64,000 nt of DNA, from positions 19,158,001 to 19,222,000 of the forward strand of contig OZ249436.1 of the NCBI GenBank assembly GCA_965235115.1, given 5' to 3'. The translations under genes and the position numbers were made by a program. Position 1 is the first letter of the stretch. Each line of letters starts with the position of its first letter. The notes under the pieces are model-generated. The model searched no databases. It saw only the letters and a list, made by a program, of their open reading frames with translations, and had not been told where the DNA came from. This DNA is from Laetmonice hystrix (lineage: Eukaryota). Of this stretch, positions 50,643 to 62,689 are shown piece by piece.

Positions 50643-53260
50643 ATGTCGAATACATCGGAGATGATCTCGACGATGGTATTGCGAATGATTCCAAATAAAG
50701 AAGCGGCAGCCCGTAGAATCAAAACACAGCAGAAAATAATGCCAAGGTTTAGGCCTTTTGACATAAGTGTAGTTCACAGGATTGTACCACGGTTTAGGCT
50801 TCTTAATGTAAGTGTAGTTCACAGGATTGTGCCATGGCTTAGGTCTATTGATGTAAGTGTAGTTCACAGAATTGTGCCAAGGTTTAGATGTCTTGATGTA
50901 AGTGTAGTTCACAGGATTGTGCCAAGGTTTAGGCCTCTTGATGTAAGTGTAGTTCACGGGATTGTGCCAAGGTTTAGATGTCTTGATGTAAGTGTAGTTC
51001 ACAGGATTGTGCCAAGGTTTAGATGTCTTGATGTGAGTGTAGTTCACAGGATTGTGCCAAGGTTTAGGCCTCTTACTGTAAGTGTAGTTCACAGGATTGT
51101 ACCAAGGTTTAGGCCTCTTACTGTAAGTGTAGTTCACAGGATTGTGCCAAGGTTTAGGCCTCTTGATGTAAGTGTAGTTCACAGGATTGTACCAAGGTTT
51201 AGGCCTCTTACTGTAAGTGTAGTTCACAGGATTGTGCCAAGGTTTAGGCCTCTTGATGTAAGTGTAGGATTGTGCCAAGGTTTAGATGTCTTGATGTAAG
51301 TGTAGTTCACAGAATTGTGCCAAGGTTTAGGCCTCTTACTGTAAGTGTAGTTCACAGGATTGTGCCAAGGTTTAGGCCTCTTACTGTAAGTGTAGTTCAC
51401 AGGATTGTACCAAGGTTTAGGCCTCTTACTGTAAGTGTAGTTCACAGGATTGTGCCAAGGTTTAGGCCTCTTGATGTAAGTGTAGTTCACAGGATTGTGC
51501 CAAGGTTTAGGCCTCTTGATGTAAGTGTAGTTCATGGGATTGTGCCAAGGTTTAGGTGTCTTGATGTGAGTGTAGTTCACAGGATTGTGCCAAGGTTTAG
51601 ATGTCTTGATGTAAGTGTAGTTCACAGAATTGTGCCAAGGTTTAGATGTCTTGATGTGAGTGTAGTTCACAGGATTGTGCCAAGGTTTAGATGTCTTGAT
51701 GTGAGTGTAGTTCACAGGATTGTGCCAAGGTTTAGGTCTCTTGATGTAAGTGTAGTTCACAGGATTGTACCAAGGTTTAGATGTCTTGATGTAAGTGTAG
51801 TTCACAGGATTGTACCAAGGGTTAGGCCTCTTACTGTAAGTGTAGTTCACAGGATTGTGCCAAGGTTTAGGCCTCTTGATGTAAGTGTAGTTCATGGGAT
51901 TGTGCCAAGGTTTAGATGTCTTGATGTGAGTGTAGTTCACAGGATTGCGCCAAGGTTTAGGCCTCTTGATGTAAGTGTAGTTCACAGGATTGTGCCAAGG
52001 TTTAGATGTCTTGATGTGAGTTTAGTCCACAGGATTGTGCCAAGGTTTAGATGTCTTGATGTGAGTTTAGTTTACAGGATTGTGACAAGGTTTATATCTC
52101 TTGTTGTGAGTTTAGTTCACAGGATTGTGCCAAGGTTTAGGCCTCTTGATGTAAGTGTAGTTCACAGGATTGTGCCAAGGTTTAGAGGTCTTGATGTGAG
52201 TTTAGTTTACAGGATTGTGCCAAGGTTTATATCTCTTGTTGTGAGTTTAGTTCACAGGATTGTGCCAAGGTTTAGGCCTCTTGATGTAAGTGTAGTTCAT
52301 GGGATTGTGCCAAGGTTTAGATGTCTTGATGTGAGTGTAGTTCACAGGATTGCGCCAAGGTTTAGGCCTCTTGATGTAAGTGTAGTTCACAGGATTGTGC
52401 CAAGGTTTAGATGTCTTGATGTGAGTTTAGTCCACAGAATTGTGCCAAGGTTTAGATGTCTTGATGTGAGTGTAGTTCACAGGATTGTGCCAAGGTTTAG
52501 ATGTCTTGATGTGAGTGTAGTTCACAGGATTGTGCCAAGGTTTAGGTCTCTTGATGTAAGTGTAGTTCACAGGATTGTACCAAGGTTTAGATGTCTTGAT
52601 GTAAGTGTAGTTCACAGGATTGTACCAAGGGTTAGGCCTCTTACTGTAAGTGTAGTTCACAGGATTGTGCCAAGGTTTAGGCCTCTTGATGTAAGTGTAG
52701 TTCACAGGATTGTGCCAAGGTTTAGGCCTCTTGATGTAAGTGTAGTTCATGGGATTGTGCCAAGGTTTAGATGTCTTGATGTGAGTGTAGTTCACAGGAT
52801 TGCGCCAAGGTTTAGGCCTCTTGATGTAAGTGTAGTTCACAGGATTGTGCCAAGGTTTAGAGGTCTTGATGTGAGTTTAGTTTACAGGATTGTGCCAAGG
52901 TTTATATCTCTTGTTGTGAGTTTAGTTCACAGGATTGTGCCAAGGTTTAGGCCTCTTGATGTAAGTGTAGTTCATGGGATTGTGCCAAGGTTTAGATGTC
53001 TTGATGTGAGTGTAGTTCACAGGATTGCGCCAAGGTTTAGGCCTCTTGATGTAAGTGTAGTTCACAGGATTGTGCCAAGGTTTAGATGTCTTGATGTGAG
53101 TTTAGTCCACAGGATTGTGCCAAGGTTTAGATGTCTTGATGTGAGTTTAGTTTACAGGATTGTGCCAAGGTTTAGATCTCTTGTTGTGAGTTTAGTTCAC
53201 AGGATTGTGCCAAGGTTTAGGTTTCTTGATGTGAGTGTAGTTCACAGGATTGTGCCATGA
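50643..53260 (+). CDS. possible repetitive Arg/Val/Cys-rich protein (15-aa repeat), interrupted by one frameshift
   Basis: Unique N-terminus MSNTSEMISTMVLR... runs in frame into the array. No + frame stop in ~56 units; TGA falls exactly at the array end. May be a trivial repeat ORF. Confidence 0.25.
50735..53258. repeat. 45-bp minisatellite, ~56 copies
   Basis: GTAAGTGTAGTTCACAGGATTGTGCCAAGGTTTAGGCCTCTTGAT; one 7-bp deletion near 51268. Confidence 0.98.
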
Positions 53261-55231
53261 GGTGCGATTCGGGACGCCTCAACTGTTTAAACGTTCAATG
53301 ATAAATGAAAAGGTGAAGTTTTCACAAAGATGTTCGGCCTTTGGTGGCATGTTAATACTTGCATGTTCACCGCATGTGGCACAGGGAAGGTTACTTTGAG
53401 ATTTGAGATATCATCTCATATTCATCGTGAATACTTAAAATATTGGCCAATAATCCTGGCTGCCATGTTCGCTTTTCACTCCCTCGCTAGAGAAAGCACC
53501 TTCGGGCTCCACACAGAGCAGAACCCTACGATAGACCGAGCGCGCTTCAAGGCTGGCCAGGAGAACGGCAAAACGACAGTATTCTAGCTCTAAGAATATT
53601 TTGAAAGGGTGTCTCTATTCTCTCTTCCCTGTTATTCCTTTACCATGTGTCCCATGTTCACGGGACACACAGAATAAACTAGATAAAATCATTGAGGTTG
53701 GTCTACACTGAGGCCCGGGTAACCAGTGATTAATGTTAATATACCCGATGTGATCCACACTCGCTTGGATCGACTAATGCAGTATTGATAGTCGGGATAG
53801 TATCAAGGTATCTTTGACTGGCAGCATTCATAACATTCCTACCAGATGATATAATTATTGATGATTTAGATATCTGCTGACGACGGCAAAACACCAGATC
53901 AGAACGGCGCTGAGTATGCGTCGCCATCTCAGATAATTATTACCCAGCATACACCAAGTGTTCCTGTCGTCTATTTAACGTTCGCCTCTCACAAATATTA
54001 CGGTATACTTTTAACTTGGCACGTTGCCGTACCATATCTATGATTCCGCCATGTGCTAGAGGGAATATTCAATCTCTCCAACCTGTCCTGTCCGACAACT
54101 ACATTATAATGTCACGAAAAAGTCAATGGAATTTCATGATTAGAACACCCTACCCCACTCCACCCCCACCTTCACAACACCGACAGCACACCCCACCACA
54201 CCACACCTATCCCACCCCACCCCACCCCACCCCACCCAACCCCACCCCACCCCACCCCAAAAGCAGCAAAGATAAGACTCGCACAACTGACATTGTTTCG
54301 TCCCTCAGGTTCTGCTTATACTGTCAAAGATGTACGTGTTATTATACCCTAGAACCTTCGAATTCATATCTGCACACCACTTACCCACAACGGCCACTTT
54401 GGACAGTGGCCGCGCGGCCAGCGCCGCCTAGGGGAGCGTTGTAGGGCCACTTCAGTCTCAGCTATAGCAGCTTCTTTAGTCCTCCGAATAAAGCCTCGGG
54501 CTTTCGGTCTGATCTCGGGCAAAAGTCTCTTCCATGTTGAGATTTCATATCAATACGACAGTTATGAGAGTTACCCCCGAGTAGGATTAAAGTTGTATTG
54601 AGTCCACTCAAGGCTGGGAGCGAGTGGCTGGGATTAGGTCTGACCGTCTCAGCCCTGCTGTGTAGGGCCTAGACGTTCACTAACAACTAGACGCTTATAG
54701 CTGCCGTTATAACTTAAAACATAAACTACTTTTATAGAGAAACAATCTCTAGATCCATAATCCATAAAGTGTGCGTCGAGAGACTGCGTCCAGTGCTGAC
54801 GAGAAATACGTCTATGCCGCCATGTTTGGTACCAACGTGACGTACCGTCATCCGTCATCGATATAATGACGTCAGTCAATTGTGACGTAATGGCGTAACG
54901 ACGGCTAGCACTTAGTTTTGTTTTGCCGATTACAGCGACATCTTGCGGCCTAGCTGTGACCAGTTAAACGCTGCCGTTTTTCTGCTACACGTTGTACTTC
55001 CAGAGGGACGTGTAACCCTCACCCTCGCAGCTTCTCCGACTGAGACCACCTCACCTTGACGAACCTGACCAGTGCCCAGGTATGTAATGGCCCACCTCGC
55101 ATCGCTGACGATCCTCGGCTGGGAATGGTCGGGCCTTGCAGGCAGTGATTAACCTGTCGTTGTCAGTAATAGGCCTCGTTGGTCAGGTACACGAACAAGT
55201 GTGCTACTGGGACCGGCAAGTCACGCAATAC

Positions 55232-55945
55232 ACGCTGGTAAGTCGATTTGCCCTCTAGATGAGGGGGGCCCCTCCAGTGACGGCAATGCCCTCTGATGTG
55301 GTTTGCAACGCATTCTGGCAGAGGCAAGATGTCAACACGCCAGCGGTAGCTTCGCAAAACCTGACGAGAAGCAAGTCTTCGGGAAGGTAAGATTTATGAT
55401 AAAGAGTGCCATTGAGTAAGCAAGGATCCATAGAATCATCCAACATATAGATATATTATTTCCCTTCGACTGTCGCAGTAGACAGCGCAAGGTTCTGCAC
55501 TGTTGTGTTGCGTTCAACGCAAAACCATTAACTCTGCAGTGCAAAATCTTGCGCTCTCCACACCAGAGAGCGTTGCCCTGTTCCGGCTAGATAAGTCCGA
55601 ACGGCTAGTTATGTCCTATATGTTCGCAAACATCAGCTAGATGTGTCCAGTAATCCGGATATGTCCACAAATGTTAGATGTGTCGGGTACCGGACACATC
55701 TAGCTCATGTTTGCGGACATATCCGGATTACCGGACATATCTAGCTGACATTTGCGGACATATCCGGATTACCGGACACGTCTAGCTGATATTTGCGGAC
55801 ATATCAATTTCTCCGGACACATCCAGCTGATGTTTGCAGAGATATCTCCTATCGAAAATAACTAGCCGTTCGGACATATCTAGCCGAAACATGTGTTCAC
55901 TGGTGGGCGCCTAACTCATCTAGAGGGCAAATCGACTACAGCGTA
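55232..55945. mobile_element. outer inverted-repeat element (putative non-autonomous DNA transposon)
   Basis: Perfect 23-bp inverted repeat AGTCGATTTGCCCTCTAGATGAG at 55241-55263 and 55915-55937, extending imperfectly to ~40 bp. No clear TSD. Confidence 0.55.
55579..55891. mobile_element. inner MITE with 34-bp TIRs and palindromic sub-repeats
   Basis: TGTTCCGGCTAGATAAGTCCGAACGGCTAGTTAT versus its reverse complement at 55858-55891 (2 mismatches); internal CCGGAT/GGACATATCTAGCTGA sub-repeats. Confidence 0.75.
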
Positions 55946-55979
55946 CGTGTAATAGTCTGCACTGGGTGTTGTCCACGGT

Positions 55980-57035
55980 CCGCTGGAGTGGTAGGGCGGT
56001 TCGGTGGAGTGGTAGGGCAGGGGGAGGGCGGTCCGGTGGAGTGGTAGGGTAGTGGGAGGGCGGTCTGGTGGAGTGGTAGGGTAGTGGGAGGGCGGTCTGG
56101 TGGAGTGGGTGGTAGGGTAGGGGGAGGGCGGTCCGGTGGAGTGGTAGGGTAGCGGAAGGACGGCCCGGTGGAGTGGTAGGGCGGTCCGGTGGAGTGGTAG
56201 GGTAGCGGGAGGACGGCCCGGTGGAGTGGTAGGGCGGTCCATGGAGTGGTAGGGTAGTGGGAGGACGGCCCGGTGGAGTGGTAGGGTAGTGGGAGGACGG
56301 TCCGGTGGAGTGGTAGGGTAGTGGGAGGGCGGTCTGATGGAGTGGTAGGGCGGCCGATGGAGTGGTAGGGTAGTGGGAGGGCGGTCTGGTGGAGTGGTAG
56401 GGTAGTGGGAGGGCGGCCCGGTGAAGTGGTAGGGTAGTGGGAGGACGGCCCGGTGGAGTGATAGGGTAGCGGGAGGACGGCCCGGTGGAGTGGTAGGGTA
56501 GTGGGAGGACGGCCCGGTGGAGTGGTAGGGTAGTGGAAGGACGGTCCGGTGGAGTGGTAGGGTAGTGGGAGGGCGGTTCGTTGGAGTGGTAGGGTAGCGG
56601 GAGGACGGCCCGGTGGAGTGGTAGGGTAGTGGGAGGGCGGCCCGGTGGAGTGGTAGGGTAGTGGGAGGACGGCCCGGTGGAGTGGTAGGGTAGTGGGAGG
56701 GCGGCCCGGTGGAGTGGTAGGGTAGTGGGAGAGCGGTCCAGTGGAGTGGTAGGGTAGTGGGAGGGCGGCCCGGTGGAGTGGTAGGGTAGTGGGAGGGCGG
56801 CCCGGTGGAGTGGTAGGGTAGTGGGAGGACGGCCCGGTGGAGTGGTAGGGTAGCGGGAGGACGGCCCGGTGGAATGGTAGGGTAGTGGGAGGGCGGTCCG
56901 GTGGAGTGGTAGGGTAACTTAGGGGAGGACGGCCCGGTGGAGTGGTAGGGTAGCGGGAGGGCGGTCTGGTGGAGTGGTAGGGTAGTGGGAGGACGGCCCG
57001 GTGAAGTGGTAGGGTAGTGGGAGGACGGCCCGGTG
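55980..57035. repeat. 32-bp G-rich minisatellite, ~33 copies
   Basis: GGTGGAGTGGTAGGGTAGTGGGAGGGCGGCCC with some 20-bp truncated units. Confidence 0.96.
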
Positions 57036-58540
57036 GATATGGTGGATATTGTTCGATATGGCAATGGCGTGCTTAACCCGGCCCCGGCTGTGATGGAGCG
57101 GGGCTAGGGATCGAGAGGGTGGGTTGGGGTGGGGTTGTTTGGAGAGCAGGGATTTTGATACGCCTAAAGCACTCCGTGTCAATACCAGGTGAAGCCGTAA
57201 GAGTGGTAATCAGGCCACATGTCTGACTCGTTCCCTCGGCTGTTACTCGATAAGCTAGTTAGTGTCTATCTGATGAAGAAGATGCCAGCTCTGTAAAGAC
57301 ACTTAGGGCAGAAAAATAATATGGAACCAAACGTGAAGCGAACATGAGAAGATGACTTTATTATATCCATGCTACCAAAGCACGCTGCAGGCGTTTGAAT
57401 CCGATTTGTATGTGGAAGTAAGGGAAACTCGCATCAACTAAACATCAGGGACAATTTCTTACATGTCGTCACGCGACTGTGCCGGTAATCCTGAGTGTAC
57501 AAGAACATGCATCAATCGAGAACTTGATTCACCTCACGTGCACTGCGCGGGCCTCATTACATACAACTCAGACTGAAGAGGGGAACCATGTATGTGATAA
57601 ATATGTTGGTGGCAGCAATGGGTGAGGGTTGAGAGCTTTCAGAGAACGTTGGGTGGAGGCCAAATGTCGCGCCAACGTCGTCCCAACGTCTAGCTTACGT
57701 CGCGCCAACGTCTAGCGCGCCAACGTTATGTTCGCTTTCTGTTTGTTCAAATAAATAGGTTAGCACTGGTTGTGGACGATTGGAGTGATGGGACCTGGGT
57801 ATGAGTAAGGTGAGAGGACCCTAAGTACGGTCCTCCTAGTCCTCCCTGCCCTCCCGGTCCTCTCGACCTTCCCTGCCAGGTCTCCCCGAGTGTCAGTGTC
57901 CCCGAGCCATGCCTGCTCACTCAGCACGATGAATATGGTGATGGCCAAACAATATTCACGGCCCATAGAAAGGCAGATGGTGGTAGAAGTGGTCAGCCTG
58001 CCGTGGGACAGGTCTGGATTGGGCTGGGCCGGGCTCCACGTGAATGGGTGCGGGCAGTAAGACTGGCCGTTCCTGGCAGGGTTAGATCCTCACCATCACA
58101 TAATTACAACCGTCTCGGCCGACCTGACCGGGTTCGTATGCTTCAGGGCAGCGTCTTGATGGAAACAGGGTCGAGCGAGGCGACCCTGCCTTACGACGGC
58201 CACCTCAAATCTATCGCAGCAATTAACAGAGTTGCAAACGAGCAATGTTCGTATTGACATGCAGGGAGAATAGGCTTTCGCGTGCCATCAAATCTGAGGC
58301 GCTCATCGGGGAAATCAAAACTCGATTGTGGGGAGAAGCACTCGGCCGGCGCCTTCCTAATCACAACTCAATGAGGGAAGGCGGACGCGCGACTCGGCCT
58401 TCTCCCCGCCCAGTTTTTGTCCCGACCAAGATTGAATTTATGCTTCCTATTGGATACCTTCACCGGGGATCAATGAGACGAGAGCAACGGGCGGAAATAC
58501 ACTGACGGCCTGCGTGTTTGGTGGTGTTCTTGTGACCATC

Positions 58541-58702
58541 NNNNNNNNNNNNNNNNNNNNNNNNNNNNNNNNNNNNNNNNNNNNNNNNNNNNNNNNNNNN
58601 NNNNNNNNNNNNNNNNNNNNNNNNNNNNNNNNNNNNNNNNNNNNNNNNNNNNNNNNNNNNNNNNNNNNNNNNNNNNNNNNNNNNNNNNNNNNNNNNNNNN
58701 NN
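58541..58702. other. assembly gap (N run)
   Basis: N characters. Confidence 1.
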
Positions 58703-59136
58703 CTACCCCTCTCCCTCTCTCTGTGTCTGTCTGTCTCTCTCTGTCTCTATGCCCNNNNNNNNNNNNNNNNNNNNNNNNNNNNNNNNNNNNNNNNNNNNNN
58801 NNNNNNNNNNNNNNNNNNNNNNNNNNNNNNNNNNNNNNNNNNNNNNNNNNNNNNNNNNNNNNNNNNNNNNNNNNNNNNNNNNNNNNNNNNNNNNNNNNNN
58901 NNNNNNNNNNTCTCTATGCCCCTTTCTCTCTATGCCCCTCTCTCTCTTCCCCTCTCCCTCCCTCTCTGTCTCTCTCTAACTCTCCCCCTCTGTCTCTATG
59001 TCTCTCTCTCTGCCCCTCTCTCTATGCCCCTCTCTGTTCCTCTCTCTGCCCCTCTCCCTCCTTCCCTCTCTGACTCTCTCCCCCCTCTCAATGTCCCTCT
59101 CTCTGTTCCTCCCTCCTTCCGTCTCTCTCTCTCTCC

Positions 59137-59198
<62 letters not shown>
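58703..59198. repeat. CT-rich compound microsatellite (contains gap 58755-58910)
   Basis: Direct inspection. Confidence 0.92.
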
Positions 59199-59199
<1 letters not shown>

Positions 59200-59779
59200 G
59201 CTGTCTCGTCTCCTTCGCCATCGATTGCCCGCCCTGATCATGAATACCGAGACCCACACCCGACCCAGGCCGCCAACACCACTTGAAACCCGTCCCTTGC
59301 GCATCTTCTCGAATCTTCTTCAAAGTCTGTCTGCCGCCGCAACTCCAACCCCAGAGAGATGAAAGCCGAAAATTTATTTTGCCCAAGCCTATTGGCGCTT
59401 TCGTACAACTTTGGCGGAAGCGATGTGTTAGGCAGACTCCGGGCTAATGGCATTACGGGCCCGTGAAGGCGGTGGTAGGCCGGAGGCAGGACCAGTGTTG
59501 GAATCTCCGGACTGACGGTGGTAGGCGGAGGGGGCGACCTTGGGGCGAACAGAGGGCACCGTCCAACAGTTACTACCGACTTTCTGAACCTTCGTATCAC
59601 ATATAGGCTGCCAGCAGATGGGACCATCTCTTCCGTACCTTCATATCACTGACAGAGCAGCAGTCAGCAGTTGGTACCGTTTCTTTTATATCACAGACTA
59701 CCATCGGAATTTAGCGGCTGTTTTGCGTTACTAGCAAAGACTGGGGTCCAGCAGATAGTGTTGACTCCCTACCTTTTGA

Positions 59780-60190
59780 CCACCGACCAAGGTCCAACAG
59801 ATGGTACCGACTCTATGCCGTCCTACCACGGACTGAGGTACCACAGCCCGCCAGCCAACAGATGGTACCGACTCTATGCCGTCCTACCACAGACGGCGGT
59901 ACCACGGACCACCAACCAACAGATGGTACCGAGGGACCGACTCTATGACAGACGGCGGTACCACAGTCCGCCAGCCAACAGATGGTACCGACTCTATGCC
60001 GTCCTACCACAGACGGCGGTACCACAGGCCACCAACCAACAGATGGTACCAAAGTACCGACTCTATGCCGTCTACCACGGACGGAGGTACCGAAGGCCAC
60101 CAACCAACAGATGGTACCGAGGTACCGACTCCATGCCGTCCTACCACAGACGGTGGTACCACAGACCCCCAACCAACAGATGGTACCGAT
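59780..60190. repeat. irregular ~50-70-bp repeat (CCAACAGATGGTACCGACTCTATGCCGTCCTACCAC core)
   Basis: Core recurs about 6-7 times. Confidence 0.88.
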
Positions 60191-61174
60191 AATGCTGCCT
60201 CACTCCACTCCTCGACCTGCCTCCGCCAAGGCTGCAGTTCACAATAGATTGATGCACAAGTAATGACAGTAACGTCGATAAAATCACGTCACTACATTAA
60301 CAACACTTAAGTAGAAACCGCCGCTAACCGTGATTATAAAACGAATCATTGAAATTTAAGTGTGTCGCTTGATGGGGGCCACAAATAAACTCTCATCCTA
60401 CAAAGGCCTACCGACGCCCTGATATAAATTTACGGCCACATGATGGCGTCATACAAGGATGTGAGATACTAGGGCATGATCAATCCCTGCGGGTCTTTAT
60501 ATGTTTGTCTGTTCGTTCGTCCTTCCGTCTGTCTGTACGTCCACCTCTCTGTCTCCCCCACTAATTTTGAAAGTTTATACTGAGAGTCTATACTAAGCGA
60601 TTTATACTCAGAGTTATATACTCAGAGACATTTAAATGGAGATTTTATGTGAATTATAACGGGCTCCTAGAGGGCCCTAATGTATTTACGTTTATTTATG
60701 TGTACTTATTATGGATATTTATTTACTGCTATTTCTAGCATACAATTAACAGCTGTTGATACCGTGTCGTAGAAGGTATATCCTAATAAAGATGTTAATA
60801 TATTACTACACATAACGATTATTTCTAATCTATAGAGTTTGCTGCCCGGAACTTTTCCGGTGAATGCCACTGGTAAGAAATTCCTTCCACCATATCACTC
60901 GTAAAACCATAGACAAATCTGGAAACAATTGGCCGTTAGAGGGCGTTGTTTGGGTTGGCATGCGCAGCTCGGGGTAGGTACACGTGCGCGGGTCACGTGC
61001 TCGCTCGGCCTACTGCCCGACAATAGACGGACATAGGCTGCCACCAGGCTGGGTTGGCCGAGGGGAGCTGGTGGGGGCAGAGGCGGTGGGAAGACCTCTA
61101 GTCGTTGGGAGTTGTTCTCGTGTGGATTCGTGTATCCACACATCCATTTCAGTAATTTCTCAGGTCTCTCTGTC

Positions 61175-61314
61175 NNNNNNNNNNNNNNNNNNNNNNNNNN
61201 NNNNNNNNNNNNNNNNNNNNNNNNNNNNNNNNNNNNNNNNNNNNNNNNNNNNNNNNNNNNNNNNNNNNNNNNNNNNNNNNNNNNNNNNNNNNNNNNNNNN
61301 NNNNNNNNNNNNNN
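61175..61314. other. assembly gap (N run)
   Basis: N characters. Confidence 1.
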
Positions 61315-61481
61315 CGCGACGCTTGCTCCTTCTCTCTGTATGGCGGTCGGCGGAGACCGAATGACATGGATATGAAGTATAGAAACAACAATCATCAGCC
61401 GGTTCACGCCGTACAACCGGCGAGCACGGGATCAACACTAACAAACATGGCGGCTACCACACGGGGCCGCCATGACACCTA

Positions 61482-62105
61482 TACCGTGTTCACACTAGGG
61501 AAATCTGCCGGCAAATACCCGCGCCAGGTGTGAACGCACGTACCCGAGGTAAATTACCCGCGGTAAGCTACCTAGATATCTCGGGTGAAGGGAAGGAATA
61601 GCTCTGCCGGCAGAAATCTTACCTCGGGTAGATAATGTGAACGCGGGATTTGCCGGGAGCAGCCACCAGGGGGCATTACGAGCGCATGGTTATCGCTGAA
61701 ACTCTGGCGCATGGAGTACAGTCATGTATATGATTTGATCAAATTCTTACACCCTACACCTTCACCGAACACCTCTTTTTTATTTATAGGCCCCCCTATT
61801 GCATTTCTCTAAAAGTAGAGGCCCCCCAACCAACCTCACACTTCCCTCTGGATTAAATTACCATGTGCGTCCATTCACTGTCCAATAAGTCTGTTTTCAT
61901 GTGACGTATTTAGGTCTAATGAATTTTATGAAATTCCACTTTTTTCCAAAATATATCATGTGTAGGTTCCTCGGGAGCTCACTACCGCTATAGCGGCAAG
62001 AAAGTTCCTGCGGCAAAGCATGGGTAGTCTGAACGCTGATCTTTATCAGACCTTATCATTTCTGCCGGCAGAAGCTCTCCCAGCAACTAGGTGTGAACAC
62101 GGCCC
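61482..62105. mobile_element. PIF/Harbinger-like non-autonomous element
   Basis: Termini CCGTGTTCACAC(61484-61495) / GTGTGAACACGG(62091-62102) plus subterminal TCTGCCGGCA repeats. GGCC-GTGTTCACAC termini resemble animal Harbinger TIRs; TSD not clean. Confidence 0.6.
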
Positions 62106-62242
62106 TAGACTGGTGCCAAACTAAAGGAGCCAACTCAACGAGCAAACAATGAATCTAGGATAACCAGTTTACTACGACCTCATCTGACTTTATCAGTGTC
62201 TCTATACAGTCATGTATAAATTGTCCTTCATACATACCTTTG

Positions 62243-62352
62243 GGCAGAAATCTACCTTATATTACTTGTGTGCAGAAATCTATACTTACATTACTTTTGT
62301 GCAGAAATCTACCTTACATTACTTGTGTGCAGAAATCTACCTGACATTACTT
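62243..62352. repeat. ~28-30-bp tandem repeat x4
   Basis: GCAGAAATCTACCTTACATTACTTGTGT. Confidence 0.85.
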
Positions 62353-62545
62353 TTTAGACCGGATTTGAAATGATAAGACTCTACCTTTAATGTGCAAGCA
62401 GCGACTAAAATGTATTGATTTTACTCAATTACTCAGGTTTTGCTGTCGTAGCTTTATAACTTATTGTTCATAATTATCTTCAGAGATCCCTGCTCCATAA
62501 GTCAGAGAGAGAGCCGAGAATAAAACTCCAAAATATGATTCATAC

Positions 62546-62689
62546 CGACAGATCAGAGAGGCTCTGAGATGGGTTTTCATCAGATTTATTCACGAGATCG
62601 GCTTGCGCTTTTGACATTTGTGGGCTTGCCATTTCTTCGTGTATTGGGGACGCCGATGGTGGCGTCTGTGCCAGGCCAATGGCAGCCAG
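62546..62689 (-). CDS. possible 144-nt symmetric exon (LAAIGLAQTPPSASPIHEEMASPQMSKAQADLVNKSDENPSQSLSDLS)
   Basis: Acceptor CCCGGCCTTGTTGAAACAG, donor TCG|GTATGA, open phase 0>0; not linked to other exons. Confidence 0.3.

Noticed and set aside
57760-57966. 68-aa - strand ORF with a signal-peptide-like start (MGREYCLAITIFIVLSEQAWLG)
   Set aside because: Short, with no usable donor or codon bias seen, and it overlaps a better + strand exon candidate.
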